A stretch of 64,000 bases of DNA from the human T2T-CHM13v2.0 reference genome, Homo sapiens. Numbering within the stretch: the first letter of the stretch is position 1; each line of letters opens with the position of its first letter. The stretch lies in the NCBI RefSeq assembly GCF_009914755.1, contig NC_060940.1. One strand, given 5' to 3'. The notes under the pieces were generated by a model that did not search any database, was not told the origin of the DNA, and saw only the letters and a program-made list of their open reading frames with translations. Below are positions 26,301 through 42,135 of this stretch, piece after piece. The translations under genes and the position numbers were made by a program.

Positions 26301-29300
26301 AGATGATTCCATTCGATTCCATTTGATGATGATCCCATTCGAGTCCATTCAGTGATTCCACTCGTTTCCATTCCATGATGATTCCATTCCATTCCATTCA
26401 ATGATTCCATTCGATTCCGTTTGATGATGATTTCATTCGAGTCCATTTGATGATTCCATTTGATTCCATTCGATGATGATTCCATTCGAGTCCATTTGAT
26501 GATTCTATTCGAATCCATTTGATGATTTCTTTTGATTATAGTTGGTGATGATTCCATTGGAGTCCATTCAATGATTCCATTCGATTCCAATCGATGGTGA
26601 TTCCATTAGAGTCCATTTAATGATTCCATTTGATTCCAGTCTCTGATGATTACATTCGAGTCCATACGATGATTCCACTCAATTCCATATGATGATGATT
26701 CCATTCGATTCCATTCGATGATTCCATTCTATTCTATTCAATGGTGATTCCATTCGATTCCATTCAATGATGATTCTATTTGTGTCCCTTAGATGATTCC
26801 ACATGATTCCATTAGATGATGATACTATTTGAGCCCATCCAATGATTCCCTTCGATTCCATTCGATGAGGATTCCATTCGATTCAGTTCATTGGTGATTC
26901 TATTCAATTCAATTCTTTGATTCCATTCCATTCCATTCGACAATGATTCCATTCGATTTCTTTCGATGATTCCACTCGATTCCACTTGACATTGATTCCC
27001 TTCGATTCCATTCAATGATTCCATTTGATTCCAGTGGATGATGATTGCCATCGATTCCATTCGATCACTCCATTCTATTCCATTTGATGATGATTACATT
27101 CGATTCCATTTGACGATTCCATCTGATTCTATTCGAGGATTCCATTTGATTCCATTCGATGATGATTCCCTTCGAGTCCATTCGATGATTTCATTCGAGT
27201 ACATCCAATGATTCCATTCGAGTCCATTTGATGATTCCATTTGATTCCATTTGATAATGATTCTACTAGAGTCCATTCAATGACTCCATTGGAGTCCATT
27301 CAACAATTCCATTCGACTCCATTTGATGATTCCATTCGATTCCATTTGATGATTCCATTCGAGTCCATTTAATCATTACAGTCGAGTCCATTTGGTGATT
27401 CCACCGGATTTCTTTTGATAATGATACCATTCAATTACATTTGATGATGATCCCATTCAATTTCATTTGATGGTGATTCCATTAGAGTCCATTCGATGAT
27501 TTCATTCGAGTCCCTTCATTGATTCCATCCGATTTCATTGGATGATGACTCCATTCGAGTCCATTCGATGATTCCACTCGATTCCATTAGATGATTCCAT
27601 TGGAGTCCATTTGATTTTTCCATTCGATTCCATTCGATTTCTTTCGAAGATTATTCCATTTGAGTCCATTCGATGATGATTCCATTTCATTCCATTCGAT
27701 GATTCCGTTTGATTCCATTCGATGATTCCCTTCGATTCCTTTCTTTGATGATTCCATTCCATTCCATTCAATGATTCCATTCGAATCTATTCCATGATGA
27801 TTCCTTTCGATTCCATTCGCTGATGTTTCCTTTCAATTCCATTCGATGATGATTCCATTCGATTCCATTCATTGAGGATTCCATTTGATTCCATTCAATG
27901 ATGATTCCGTTCTATTCCATTCAATGATTGCATTCAATTCCATTCAATGATTATCCCCTTAGAGTAAACTCAACGATTCCATTCAATACAATTCGATGGT
28001 GTTTCCTTTTGAGTCCATTCAATGATTTCATTCAAGTCCATTTGATGATTCCTTTCAATTCCATTCTATGATGATTCCATTCGAGTCCATTCGATGATTC
28101 CATTCGATTGCATTCGATGATTCCATTATATTCCAGTCAACGATGATTCCATTCGAGTCCATTCGATGATTCCATTAGAGTACATTTAATGATTGCTTTG
28201 TTTTCAATTCGAAGATGATTACATTGGATTCCATTCTATGATACCATTCGATTCCATTCAATGATGATTCCACTCAAATCCATTGGATGATTCCATTCGT
28301 GTCCATTCGGTGATTTCATTAGATTCCATTCGAGGATGATTCCATTCGATTCCATTCGATGATTCCATTCAATTCCATTCGATGATGATTCCATTCCAGT
28401 CCATATGATCATTCCATTTGATTTCATTCGATGATGATTCCATTCGATTCCATTCGATGATTCCATTCTATTCCATTCGATGATGATTCCATTCGAGTCC
28501 ATTCGATGATTCCATTCGAGTCCATTTAATGATTCCATTGGGTTCAATTCAATGATGATTACATTGGATTCCGTTCTATGATTCCATTCAATTCCTTTCA
28601 TTGACAATTTGATTCCATTCGATGATGATTCAATTTGAGTTCATTCGATGATTCTATTCGATTCTCTTCGATGGTGATTCAATTCTATTATATTGGATGA
28701 TTCCATTCGATTCCATTTGATGTTGATTCAATTCGATTCTATTCGATGATGATTCCATTGGATTTCACTTGATGATTCTATTCGATTCCATTCAATGATG
28801 ATTCACTTCTCGTCCATTGGATGATTCCATTTCATTCCATTCGATGATGATTTCCTTCGATTCCATGCGACGGTGAGCAATTCGATTCAATTCCATGATG
28901 ATTCTATTTGATTCAATTAGATGATGTTTCCATTCGAATCCATTCCATGATTATTCCATTGGAATCCATTTGGCGATGATTCCATATGAGTCAATTCAAT
29001 GATGATTCCATATGGGTCCATTCGATGATAATTCCATTTGATTTCATTCAATGCTTCTATTCTATTCCAGTCAATGATGATTCCGTTGGAGTCCATACGA
29101 TGATTCCATTTGATTTCATTTGATGATGGTTCCATTCGATGATGATTACATTGGATTCCATTCTATGATTCCATTCAATTCCATTCGTTGATGATTCGAT
29201 TCCATTCAATGATGATTCCATTTGAGTTCATTCGATGATTCTATTCGATTCCGTTCGATGGTGATTCAATTCTATTATATTGGATGATTCCACTCGATTC

Positions 29301-29417
29301 CATTTGATGATTATTCCATTGGAGTCCACTTAGTGAATCCTTTAGATTCTACTCGAAGATGATTCCATTCGAGTCCATTCCATGATACCATTCAATTTCA
29401 TTCGTTGATGCTTCCAT
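23324..29417 (+). repeat. Near-canonical unit (6094 bp), mosaic
   Basis: Landmark spacing 6094. The 5' half shares private variants with the 10669 unit, and the 3' half with 35.3-38.0 kb. Confidence 0.88.
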
Positions 29418-32400
29418 TCAAGTGCATTCGATGATATCATTCGATTCCATTTGATGATAATTCCATTTGATTCCATGCGATGATTCTATTCGATTCCATT
29501 CAATGATAATTCCATTCAATTCAGTGATTCCTCTGGACTCCATTTGATGATGATACCATTCAATGATTCCATTCGATTCTATTCCAAAATGATTCCATTT
29601 GAATCCATTTGATGATGATTCCATTAGATTCCATTTGATGATTCCATTCGATTGCATTTGACGATGATTCCATTCGATTCCATTTGATGATTCCATTCGA
29701 TTCCATTTGATGATGATTGGATTCGATTCCATTTGATGATTTCATTTGATTCCATTCGTTAATGATTTCGATCAACTCCATTCGATGATTCCATTTGATT
29801 CCATTCGATAATGATTACATCCGAGTCCATTCGATGATTCCATTTGAGCCCGTTCGATAATTCCATTTGAGTCCAATCAATGATTCCATTCATTTCCATT
29901 CAATGATTCCATTCGAGTCCATTTGATCATTCTGGTAGGGTCCGTTCGATGTTGATTCCATTGGAGTGCATTCGATGATTCCATTCGAGTCCATTTTATG
30001 ATTTGATTCGAGTCCTTTCGATGATTCCATTCGATTCCACTCGATGATGATTTCATTCGAGTCCATTCGACACTTCCAATCGATTCCATTTGATGTTTCC
30101 ATTCGAGTCCAATTGATGATTCCATTCAATTCCATTCGATGATGATACCGTACGATTCCATTCTGTGATGATTCCATGTGATTGCATTCAATGATGATTC
30201 CTTTCGACTGCATTTGATTATGATTCATTTCGTGTTCATTCTATGGTTCCACAGGTTTCCATTCGATGACGTTTCCGTTCGTGTCCATTCCATTATTCCA
30301 TTCTATTTCATTTGATGATGATTCCATTCGATTCCATTCATTGGTGATTCCACTCAATTCCATTCAATGATTCCATTCCATTTCTTTCAACAATGATTCC
30401 ATTACTTTCTATTCGATGATCCACTTGATTCCATTTGGCGATGATTCCATTCGTGTCCATTCGATGATTCCATTTGATTCCATATGATGATGATTCCATT
30501 CGATTCCATACCATGATGATTCCATTCGAGTCCATTCAATGGTGATTCCATTCAATTCCATTCGATGATTCCTTCCGATTCCATTCGATGATGATGGCAT
30601 TCGATTCCTTTCAATCATTCCCTTTGATTCCATTCAAAGGTGATTTCATTCAAGTCCATTCGATAATTGCATTCGATTCCATTCTATGATGATTCCATTC
30701 GAGTCCATTTGATGATTCCATTCAATTCAAGTCAATGATGATTCCATTTAATTCCACTCGATGATTCCATTGGATTCAATTCGATGATGATTCCATTCAA
30801 ATCCATTCGATAATTCAATTCAAGTCCATTCGATGATGATTCCAATCGAATCCATTCAAAGATTCCATTCAATTCCATTCGATGATGATTCCCTTAGATT
30901 CCATTCGATGATTCCACTTGATTCCATTTACGATGATTCCATTCGATTCCATGTGATGAATCCATTCAATTCTATTCAATGATGTTTCCATTTGATTCCA
31001 TTGGACCATGATTGCCTTTGATTCCATTCAATGATTCCATTCGGTTCCATTTGATGATGATTCCGTTCGATTCCATTTCATTATTCCATTTGATTCCATT
31101 GGATGAGTCCATTCGATTACATTCGATGATTATTCCATTCGAGTGCATTAGATGATTGCATTCGAGTCCATTCGATGATTCCATTCGATTCCATTCGATG
31201 TTGATTCTGTTCAAATCCATTCGATGATTCCACTCGATTCCATTCGATGACTCCATTTGATCCCATTCGATGATTTCCTGTGATTCCCTTTGATGATCAT
31301 TCTATTTGATTCAATTCGGTGATTTCATTTCATTCCATTCAGTGATGTTTCCATTCGACTGTATTCGATGATGATTCCATTCGACTCCATTCGATTATGA
31401 TTTCATTCAATTCCATTCAATAATGATTCCCTTCGAGTCCATTCGATGATTCCATTCGATTCCATTCAACGATGATTTGATTCGTTTCCATTCGATGATT
31501 CCATTTGATTCCACTTGATGATGATTCCATTCGAGTCTATTTATGTATTATATTCGTGTCCACTTCATGATTCCATTCAATTCCATTTAATGTTGATTCC
31601 ATTTGATTCCATTTGATGATTCAGTTCGATTCCTTGCAATGATTCCCTACGATTCCTTTCTCTGATGATTCCATTCGATTCCATTCATTGATGATTTCAT
31701 TCGACTCCATTCGATGATGATTCCTTTCGATTCCATTTGACGATGTTTCCATTCGAGTCCATTCGATGATGATTCTATTCAATTCTGTTCTATTATGATT
31801 CCATTCGATTTCATTCAATGCTTCTATTTGATTCCATTCGATGATGATTCCATCTCTTTCCCTTCGATGATTCCATTTGATTCCATTCAGTGATGATTCC
31901 ATTTGATTCCATCTGATGATGATTTCACTTGATTCCTTTCAATGATGATTCAATTCAAGTCCATTCGATGATTCCATTGGAGTCCAAACGATCATTCCGT
32001 TCGATTCCATTCAATGGTGATTCCATTCATGTCCATTCGATGAATCCATTCAATTCCATTCGATGATGACTCCATTCGAGTACATTCGATGATTCCATTT
32101 GATTCCATTTGAAGATGATTCCATTCAATTCCATTCGAAGATGATTCCATTCAATTCCATTCGATGATGATTCCGTATGAATCCATTCTCTGATTATTCC
32201 ATTCGATTCCATTCATTGACGATTCCATTCAATTCCATTCAATGATGATTCTCTTCTATTCCATTCGATGATTCCGGTCGATTCCATTCGATGATGATTC
32301 CATTAGATTCCATTCGATTGTTGCATTCGATTCCCTTCGATGATGATTCCTTTGAATTCCATTCGATTATCATTCCGTATGAATCCATTTGATGATTATT

Positions 32401-33498
32401 CCATTGGATTCCTTTCGATGATGATTCCATTCGATTCCATTTGATGATGTTTCTCTTGTATTCCATTGGATAATTCCTTTCAGTTCCCTTCGATGATTAT
32501 TCTTTCGAGTCAATTCGATGATTCTATTCCATTCCCTTCGATGATGATTCCATTTCACTCCATTTGATGATTCCATTCGACTCAATTTGGGGATGATTCA
32601 ATTCGATGACATTCGATGACTCCATTCAATTTCATTTGATGATGATTACATTCGAGTCCATTTGATGATTGTATTCCTTTCCTTTTGATGATTATTCCAT
32701 TCGTGTCTATTCAAAGGTTCCATTCTATTCCATTCAATGATGATTGCATTTGATTCCATTCAATGATTATGGCTATCGATTCCACTCGTTGATTCCATTT
32801 GATTCCGTTCGATGATTATTCCGTTAGATTCCATTAGAAGATTCCATTCGATTTTATTCAATGATTCCAATGGATTCCATTCAATGATGATTCCATTCGA
32901 CTCCATTCAGTGATTCCATTCGAGTCCATTTGATGATTCCATTCTTTTCCATTTGATGATGATTCCATTAGGGTCCATTCAATGATTCCATTCGAGTCCA
33001 TTCGTTAATGCCTTTCGAGTCCTTTTGATCACTACATTCGAGTCCATTCAATGATTCTATTCGATTCCATTCCATGATGATTCCATTCGAGTTCATTCGA
33101 TGATTGCATTCGAGTCCATTTGATGATTCCATATGATTCCATTCGACAATGATTCCATTCGTGTCCATTTGATGATTCCATTCATTTCCTATCGATGAAG
33201 ATTCCATTCAAGTGTATTCGATGATTCCATTCAAATCCATTCGATGATGATTCCATTCCAGTCCATTCGATCATTCCACTTGATTCCATTTGATGACTAT
33301 TCCATTCAAATCCATTTGATGATTCCATTCGATTCCATTCGATGTTACCATTCGAGTATATATGATGATTCCACTCGATTCCATTTGATGATTATTCCAT
33401 TGGAGTCCACTTAGTGAATCCTTTAGATTCTACTGGAAGATGATTCCATTCGAGTCCATTCGATGATACCATTCAATTCCATTCGTTGATGCTTCCAT
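29418..33498 (+). repeat. 4.1-kb variant unit, copy 2 (4081 bp)
   Basis: Same junction marker at ~31540. Offset to copy 1 is 22853, then 22830 after the junction (7485/30338, 9197/32027). Confidence 0.9.
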
Positions 33499-36400
33499 TC
33501 AAGTGCATTCGATGATATCATTCGATTCCATTTGATGATAATTCCATTTGATTCCATGCGATGATTCTATTCGATTCCATTCAATGATAATTCCATTCAA
33601 TTCAGTGATTCCTCTGGACTCCATTTGATGATGATTCCATTCAATGATTCCATTCGATTCTATTCGAAAATGATTCCATTTGAATCCATTTGATGATGAT
33701 TCCATTGGATTCCATTTGATGATTCCATTCGATTCCATTCGATGATGATTCCATTCGATTCCTTTTGATGAATCCATTCTATTCTATTCGATGATGATTC
33801 CATTCGATTCCATTCGATGATGATTGGATTCGATTCCATTTGATGATTTCATTTGATTCCATTCGATAAGGATTTCGATCAACTCCATTCAATGATTCCA
33901 TTCGATTCCATTCGATAATGATTACATCCGAGTCCATTCGATGATTCCATTTGAGCCCGTTAGATAATTCCATTTGAGTCCAATCAATGATTCCATTCAT
34001 TTCCATTCAATGATTCCATTCGAGTCCATTTGATCATTCCGGTAGGGTCCGTTCGATGTTGATTCCATTGGAGTGCCTTCGATGATTCCATTCGAGTCCA
34101 TTTTATGATTTGATTCGAGTCCTTTCGATGATTCCATTCGATTCCACTCGATGATTTCATTCGAGTCCATTCGACACTTCCAATCGATTCCATTTGATGT
34201 TTCCATTCGATTCCAATTGATGATTCCATTCAATTCCATTCTCCGATGATTTCTTTTGAGCCCATTCAATGCTTCCACTCGATTCCATATGATGATGACT
34301 CCATTTGATGAAATTCCATGATGATTCCATTCGCTTGCATTCGATGATGATTCCACTTGAGTCCGTTAGAAGATTCTATTCAATTACATTCCATGACGAT
34401 TCTGTTCGAGTCCATTTGATGATTCCATTAGACTCCATTCGACGATGATTCCATTCGATGTTATTCGATGATGATTCCATTCAACTCCATTCGATGTTTC
34501 CATTCGAGTTCATTCTATTATTCCATTAGATTCCATTCGATGATGATTCCATTCGATTCCATTTGATGATTGCATTCTATTTCATTTGATGATGATTCCA
34601 TTCGAGTCCATTCGATGATTCCATTCGAGTCCCTTTAATGAATCCATTGGTTTCAATTCTATGATGATTACATTGGATTCCATTCGTTGATGATTTCATT
34701 CGATTCCATTCAATGATGATTCCATTCAATTCCATTCAATGATTCCATTCAATTCCATACGATGATGATTCCATTTGATTTGATTCGACAGTGAGCCATT
34801 CGATTCAATTCCATGATGATTCTATTTGATTCTATTGGTTGACATTTCCATTCGATTCCATTCGATGATGATTCCATTTGATTCCATTCAAAGATGATTC
34901 CATTCTAGCCCATTCAATCATTCCATTCGATTCTATTCAATGATGATTCCATTCATGTCGATTTGGTGATTCCATTTGACTTCATTTGATGTTGATTCCT
35001 TTCAAGTTCATTAGATGATTCCATTCGATTCCATTTGATGATGATCCCATTCGAGTCCATTCAGTGATTCCACTCGTTTCCATTCCATGATGATTCCATT
35101 CCATTCCATTCAATGATTCCATTCGATTCCGTTTGATGATGATTTCATTCGAGTCCATTTGATGATTCCATTTGATTCCATTCGATGATGATTACATTCG
35201 AGTCCATACGATGATTCCACTCAATTCCATATGATGATGATTCCATTCGATTCCATTCGATGATTCCATTCTATTCTATTCAATGGTGATTCCCTTCGAG
35301 TACATTAGATGATTCCATTCGATTCCATTCAATGATGATTCTATTTGTGTCCCTTAGATGGTTCCACATGATTCCATTTCATGATGATACTATTTGAGCC
35401 CATCCAATGATTCCCTTCGATTCCATTCGATGAGGATTCCATTCGATTCAATTCATTGGTGATTCTATTCAATTCAATTCTTTGATTCCATTCCATTCCA
35501 TTCGACAATGATTCCATTCGATTTCTTTCGATGATTCCACTCGATTCCACTTGACATTGATTCCCTTCGATTCCATTCAATGATTCCATTTGATTCCAGT
35601 GGATGATGATTGCCATCGATTCCATTCGATCACTCCATTCTATTCCATTTGATGATGATTACATTCGATTCCATTTGACGATTCCATCTGATTCTATTCG
35701 AGGATTCCATTTGATTCCATTCGATGATGATTCCCTTCGAGTCCATTCGATGATTTCATTCGAGTACATCCAATGATTCCATTCGAGTCCATTTGATGAT
35801 TCCATTTGATTCCATTTGATAATGATTCTACTAGAGTCCATTCAATGACTCCATTGGAGTCCATTCAACAATTCCATTCGACTCCATTTGATGATTCCAT
35901 TCGATTCCATTTGATGATTCCATTCGAGTCCATTTAATCATTACAGTCGAGTCCATTTGGTGATTCCACCAGATTTCCTTTGATAATGATACCATTCAAT
36001 TACATTTGATGATGATCCCATTCAATTTCATTTGATGGTGATTCCATTAGAGTCCATACGATGATTTCATTCGAGTCCCTTCATTGATTCCATACGATTT
36101 CATTGGATGATGACTCCATTCGAGTCCATTCGATGATTCCACTCGATTCCATTAGATGATTCCATTGGAGTCCATTTGATTGTTCCATTCGATTCCATTC
36201 GATTCCTTTCGAAGATTATTCCATTTGAGTCCATTCGATGATGATTCCATTCCATTCCATTCGATGATTCCTTTTGATTCCATTCGATGATTCCCTTCGA
36301 TTCCTTTCTTTGATGATTCCATTCCATTCCATTCAATGATTCCATTCGAATCTATTCCATGATGATTCCTTTCGATTCCATTCGCTGATGTTTCCGTTCA

Positions 36401-38005
36401 ATTCCATTCGATGATGATTCCATTCGATTCCATTCATTGAGGATTCCATTTGATTCCATTCAATGATGATTCCGTTCTATTCCATTCAATGATTGCATTC
36501 AATTCCATTCAATGATTATCCCCTTAGAGTAAACTCAACGATTCCATTCAATACCATTCGATGATGATTCCTTTTGACTCCATTCAATGATTTCATTCAA
36601 GTCCATTTGATGATTCCTTTCAATTCCATTCTATGATGATTCCATTCGAGTCCATTCGATGATTCCATTCGATTGCATTCGATTATTCCATTATATTCCA
36701 GTCAACGATGATTCCATTCGAGTCCATTCGATGATTCCATTAGAGTACATTTAATGATTGCTTTGTTTTCAATTCGAAGATGATTACATTGGATTCCATT
36801 CTATGATACCATTCGATTCCATTCAATGATGATTCCACTCAAATCCATTGGATGATTCCATTCGTGTCCATTCGGTGATTTCATTAGATTCCATTCGAGG
36901 ATGATTCCATTCGATTCCATTCGATGATTCCATTCAATTCCATTCGATGATGATTCCATTCCAGTCCATATGATCATTCCATTTGATTTCATTCGATGAT
37001 GATTCCATTCGATTCCATTTGATGATTCCATTCTATTCCATTCGATGATGATTCCATTCGAGTCCATTCGATGATTCCATTCGAGTCCATTTAATGATTC
37101 CATTGGGTTCAATTCAATGATGATTACATTGGATTCCGTTCTATGATTCCATTCAATTCCGTTCATTGACAATTTGATTCCATTCGATGATGATTCCATT
37201 TGAGTTCATTCGATGATTCTATTCGATTCTCTTCGATGGTGATTCAATTCTATTATATTGGATGATTCCATTCGATTCCATTTGATGTTGATTCAATTCG
37301 ATTCTATTCGATGATGATTCCATTGGATTTCACTTGATGATTCTATTCGATTCCATTCAATGATGATTCACTTCTCGTCCATTGGATGATTCCATTTCAT
37401 TCCATTCGATGATGATTCCATTCGATTCCATTCGATGATTCCATTTGATTCCATGTGACGGTGAGCAATTCGATTCAATTCCATGATGATTCTATTTGAT
37501 TCAATTAGATGATGTTTCCATTCGAATCCATTCCATGATTATTCCATTGGAATCCATTTGGCGATGATTCCATATGAGTCAATTCAATGATGATTCCATA
37601 TGGGTCCGTTCGATGATAATTCCATTTGATTTCATTCAATGCTTCTATTCTATTCCAGTCGATGATGATTCCGTTGGAGTCCATACGATGTTTCCATTTG
37701 ATTTCATTTGATGATGATTCCATTCGATGATGATTACATTGGATTCCATTCTATGATTCCATTCAATTCCATTCGTTGATGATTCGATTCCATTCAATGA
37801 TGATTCCATTTGAGTTCATTCGATGATTCTATTCGATTCCGTTCGATGGTGATTCAATTCTATTATATTGGATGATTCCCCTCTATTCCATTTGATGATT
37901 ATTCCATTGGAGTCCACTTAGTGAATCCTTTAGATTCTACTCGAAGATGATTCCATTCGAGTCCATTCAATGATACCATTCAATTTCATTCGTTGATGCT
38001 TCCAT
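33499..38005 (+). repeat. 4.5-kb deleted unit (4507 bp)
   Basis: Lacks ~1409 bp at ~34240, ~20 bp at ~34470 and 170 bp at ~35190 relative to the canonical unit. The CTATGGTTCCACAGG marker is missing. Confidence 0.88.
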
Positions 38006-41000
38006 TCAAGTGCATTCGATGATATCATTCGATTCCATTTGATGATAATTCCATTTGATTCCATGCGATGATTCTATTCGATTCCATTCAATGATAATTC
38101 CATTCAATTCAGTGATTCCTCTGGACTCCATTTGATGATGATTCCATTCAATGATTCCATTCGATTCTATTCCAAAATGATTCCATTTGAATCCATTTGA
38201 TGATGATTCCATTAGATTCCATTTGATGATTCCATTCGATTGCCTTTGACGATGATTCCATTCGATTCCATTTGATGATTCCATTCTATTCTATTCGATG
38301 ATGATTCCATTCGATTCCATTTGATGATGATTGGATTCGATTCCATTTGATGATTTCATTTGATTCCATTCTTTAATGATTTCGATCAATTCCATTCGAT
38401 GATTCCATTTGATTCCATTCGATAATGATTACATCCGAGTCCATTCGATGATTCCATTTGAGCCCGTTCGATAATTCCATTTGAGTCCAATCAATGATTC
38501 CATTCATTTCCATTCAATGATTCCATTCGAGTCCATTTGATCATTCTGGTAGGGTCCGTTCGATGTTGATTCCATTGGAGTGCATTCGATAATTCCATTC
38601 GAGTCCATTTTATGATTTGATTCGAGTCCTTTCGATGATTCCATTCGATTCCACTCGAAGATGATTTCATTCGAGTCCATTCGACACTTCCAATCGATTC
38701 CATTTGATGTTTCCATTCGAGTCCAATTGATGATTCCATTCAATTCCATTCGATGATGATTCCGTACGATTCCATTCTGTGATGATTCCATGTGATTGCA
38801 TTCAATGATGATTCCTTTCGATTGCATTCGATTATGATTCATTTCGTGTTCATTCTATGGTTCCACAGGTTTCCATTCGATGACGTTTCCGTTCGTGTCC
38901 ATTCCATTATTCCATTCTATTTCATTTGATGATGATTCCATTCGATTCCATTCATTGGTGATTCCACTCAATTCCATTCAATGATTCCATTCCATTTCTT
39001 TCAACAATGATTCCATTAGTTTCTATTCGACGATCCACTTGATTCCATTTGGCGATGATTCCATTCGTGTCCATTCGATGATTCCATTTGATTCCATATG
39101 AGGATGATTCCATTCGATTCCATACCATGATGATTCCATTCGAGTCCATTCAATGGTGATTCCATTCAATTCCATTCGATGATTCCTTCCGATTCCATTC
39201 GATGATGATAGCATTCGATTCCTTTCAATCATTCCCTTTGATTCCATTCAAAGGTGATTTCATTCAAGTCCATTCGATAATTGCATTCGATTCCATTCTA
39301 TGATGATTCCATTCGAGTCCATTTGATGATTCCATTCAATTCAAGTCAATGATGATTCCATTCAATTCCACTCGATGATTCCAGTGGATTCCATTCGATG
39401 ATGATTCCATTCAAATCCATTCGATAATTCAATTCAAGTCCATTCGATGATGATTCCAATCGAATCCATTCAAAGATTCCATTCAATTCCATTCGATGAT
39501 GATTCCCTTAGATTCCATTCGATGATTCCACTTGATTCCATTTACGATGATTCCATTCGATTCCATGTGATGAATCCATTCAATTCTATTCAATGATGTT
39601 TCCATTTGATTCCATTGGACCATGATTGCCTTTGATTCCATTCAATGATTCCATTCGGTTCCATTTGATGATGATTCCGTTCGATTCCATTTCATTATTC
39701 CATTTGATTCCATTGGATGAGTCCATTCGATTACATTCGATGATTATTCCATTCGAGTGCATTAGATGATTGCATTCGAGTCCATTCGATGATTCCATTC
39801 GATTCCATTCGATGTTGATTCTGTTCAAATCCATTCGATGATTCCACTCGATTCCAATCGATGACTCCATTTGATCCCATTCGATGATTTCCTGTGATTC
39901 CCTTTGATGATCATTCTATTTGATTCAATTCGGTGATTTCATTTCATTCCATTCAGTGATGTTTCCATTCGACTGTATTCGATGATGATTCCATTCGACT
40001 CCATTCGATTATGATTTCATTCAATTCCATTCAATAATGATTCCCTTCGAGTCCATTCGATGATTCCATTCGATTCCATTCAACGATGATTTGATTCGTT
40101 TCCATTCGATGATTCCATTTGATTCCACTTGATGATGATTCCATTCGAGTCCATTTGATGATTCCATTCGAGTCTATTTATGTATTATATTCGTGTCCAC
40201 TTCATGATTCCATTCAATTCCATTTAATGTTGATTCCATTTGATTCCATTTGATGATTCAGTTCGATTCCTTGCAATGATTCCCTACGATTCCTTTCTCT
40301 GATGATTCCATTCGATTCCATTCATTGATGATTTCATTCGACTCCATTCGATGATGATTCCTTTCGATTCCATTTGACGATGTTTCCATTCGAGTCCATT
40401 CGATGATGATTCTATTCAATTCTGTTCTATTATGATTCCATTCGATTTCATTCAATGCTTCTATTTGATTCCATTCGATGATGATTCCATCTCTTTCCCT
40501 TCGATGATTCCATTTGATTCCATTCAGTGATGATTCCATTTGATTCCATCTGATGATGATTTCACTTGATTCCTTTCAATGATGATTCAATTCAAGTCCA
40601 TTCGATGATTCCATTGGAGTCCAAACGATCATTCCGTTCGATTCCATTCAATGGTGATTCCATTCATGTCCATTCGATGAATCCATTCAATTCCATTCGA
40701 TGATGACTCCATTCGAGTACATTCGATGATTCCATTTGATTCCATTTGAAGATGATTCCATTCAATTCCATTCGAAGATGATTCCATTCAATTCCATTCG
40801 ATGATGATTCCGTATGAATCCATTCTCTGATTATTCCATTCGATTCCATTCATTGACGATTCCATTCAATTCCATTCAATGATGATTCTCTTCTCTTCCA
40901 TTCGATGATTCCGGTCGATTCCATTCGATGATGATTCCATTAGATTCCATTCGATTGTTGCATTCGATTCCCTTCGATGATGATTCCTTTGAATTCCATT

Positions 41001-42135
41001 CGATTATCATTCCGTATGAATCCATTTGATGATTATTCCATTGGATTCCTTTCGATGATGATTCCATTCGATTCCATTTGATGATGTTTCTCTTGTATTC
41101 CATTGGATAATTCCTTTCCGTTCCCTTCGATGATTATTCTTTCGAGTCAATTCGATGATTCTATTCCATTCCCTTCGGTGATGATTCCATTTCACTCCAT
41201 TTGATGATTCCATTCGACTCAATTTGGTGATGATTCAATTCGATGACATTCGATGACTCCATTCAATTTCATTTGATGATGATTACATTCGAGTCCATTT
41301 GATGATTGTATTCCTTTCCTTTTGATGATTATTCCATTCGTGTCTATTCAAAGGTTCCATTCTATTCCATTCAATGATGATTGCATTTGATTCCATTCAA
41401 TGATTATGGCTATCGATTCCACTCGTTGATTCCATTTGATTCCGTTCGATGATTATTCCGTTAGATTCCATTAGAAGATTCCATTCGATTTTATTCAATG
41501 ATTCCAATGGATTCCATTCAATGATGATTCCATTCGACTCCATTCAGTGATTCCATTCGAGTCCATTTGATGATTCCATTCTTTTCCATTTGATGATGAT
41601 TCCATTAGGGTCCATTCAATGATTCCATTCGAGTCCATTCGTTAATGCCTTTCGAGTCCTTTTGATCACTACATTCGAGTCCATTCAATGATTCTATTCG
41701 ATTCCATTCCATGATGATTCCATTCGAGTTCATTCGATGATTGCATTCGAGTCCATTTGATGATTCCATATGATTCCATTCGACAATGATTCCATTCGTG
41801 TCCATTTGATGATTCCATTCATTTCCTATCGATGAAGATTCCATTCAAGTGTATTCGATGATTCCATTCAAATCCATTCGATGATGATTCCATTCCAGTC
41901 CATTCGATCATTCCACTTGATTCCATTTGATGACTATTCCATTCAAATCCATTTGATGATTCCATTCGATTCCATTCGATGTTACCATTCGAGTATATAC
42001 GATGATTCCACTCGATTCCATTTGATGATTATTCCATTGGAGTCCACTTAGTGAATCCTTTAGATTCTACTGGAAGATGATTCCATTCGAGTCCATTCGA
42101 TGATACCATTCAATTCCATTCGTTGATGCTTCCAT
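38006..42135 (+). repeat. 4.1-kb variant unit, copy 3 (4130 bp)
   Basis: Junction marker at ~40177. Offsets to copy 2 run 8588, 8614, 8637. Confidence 0.9.
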
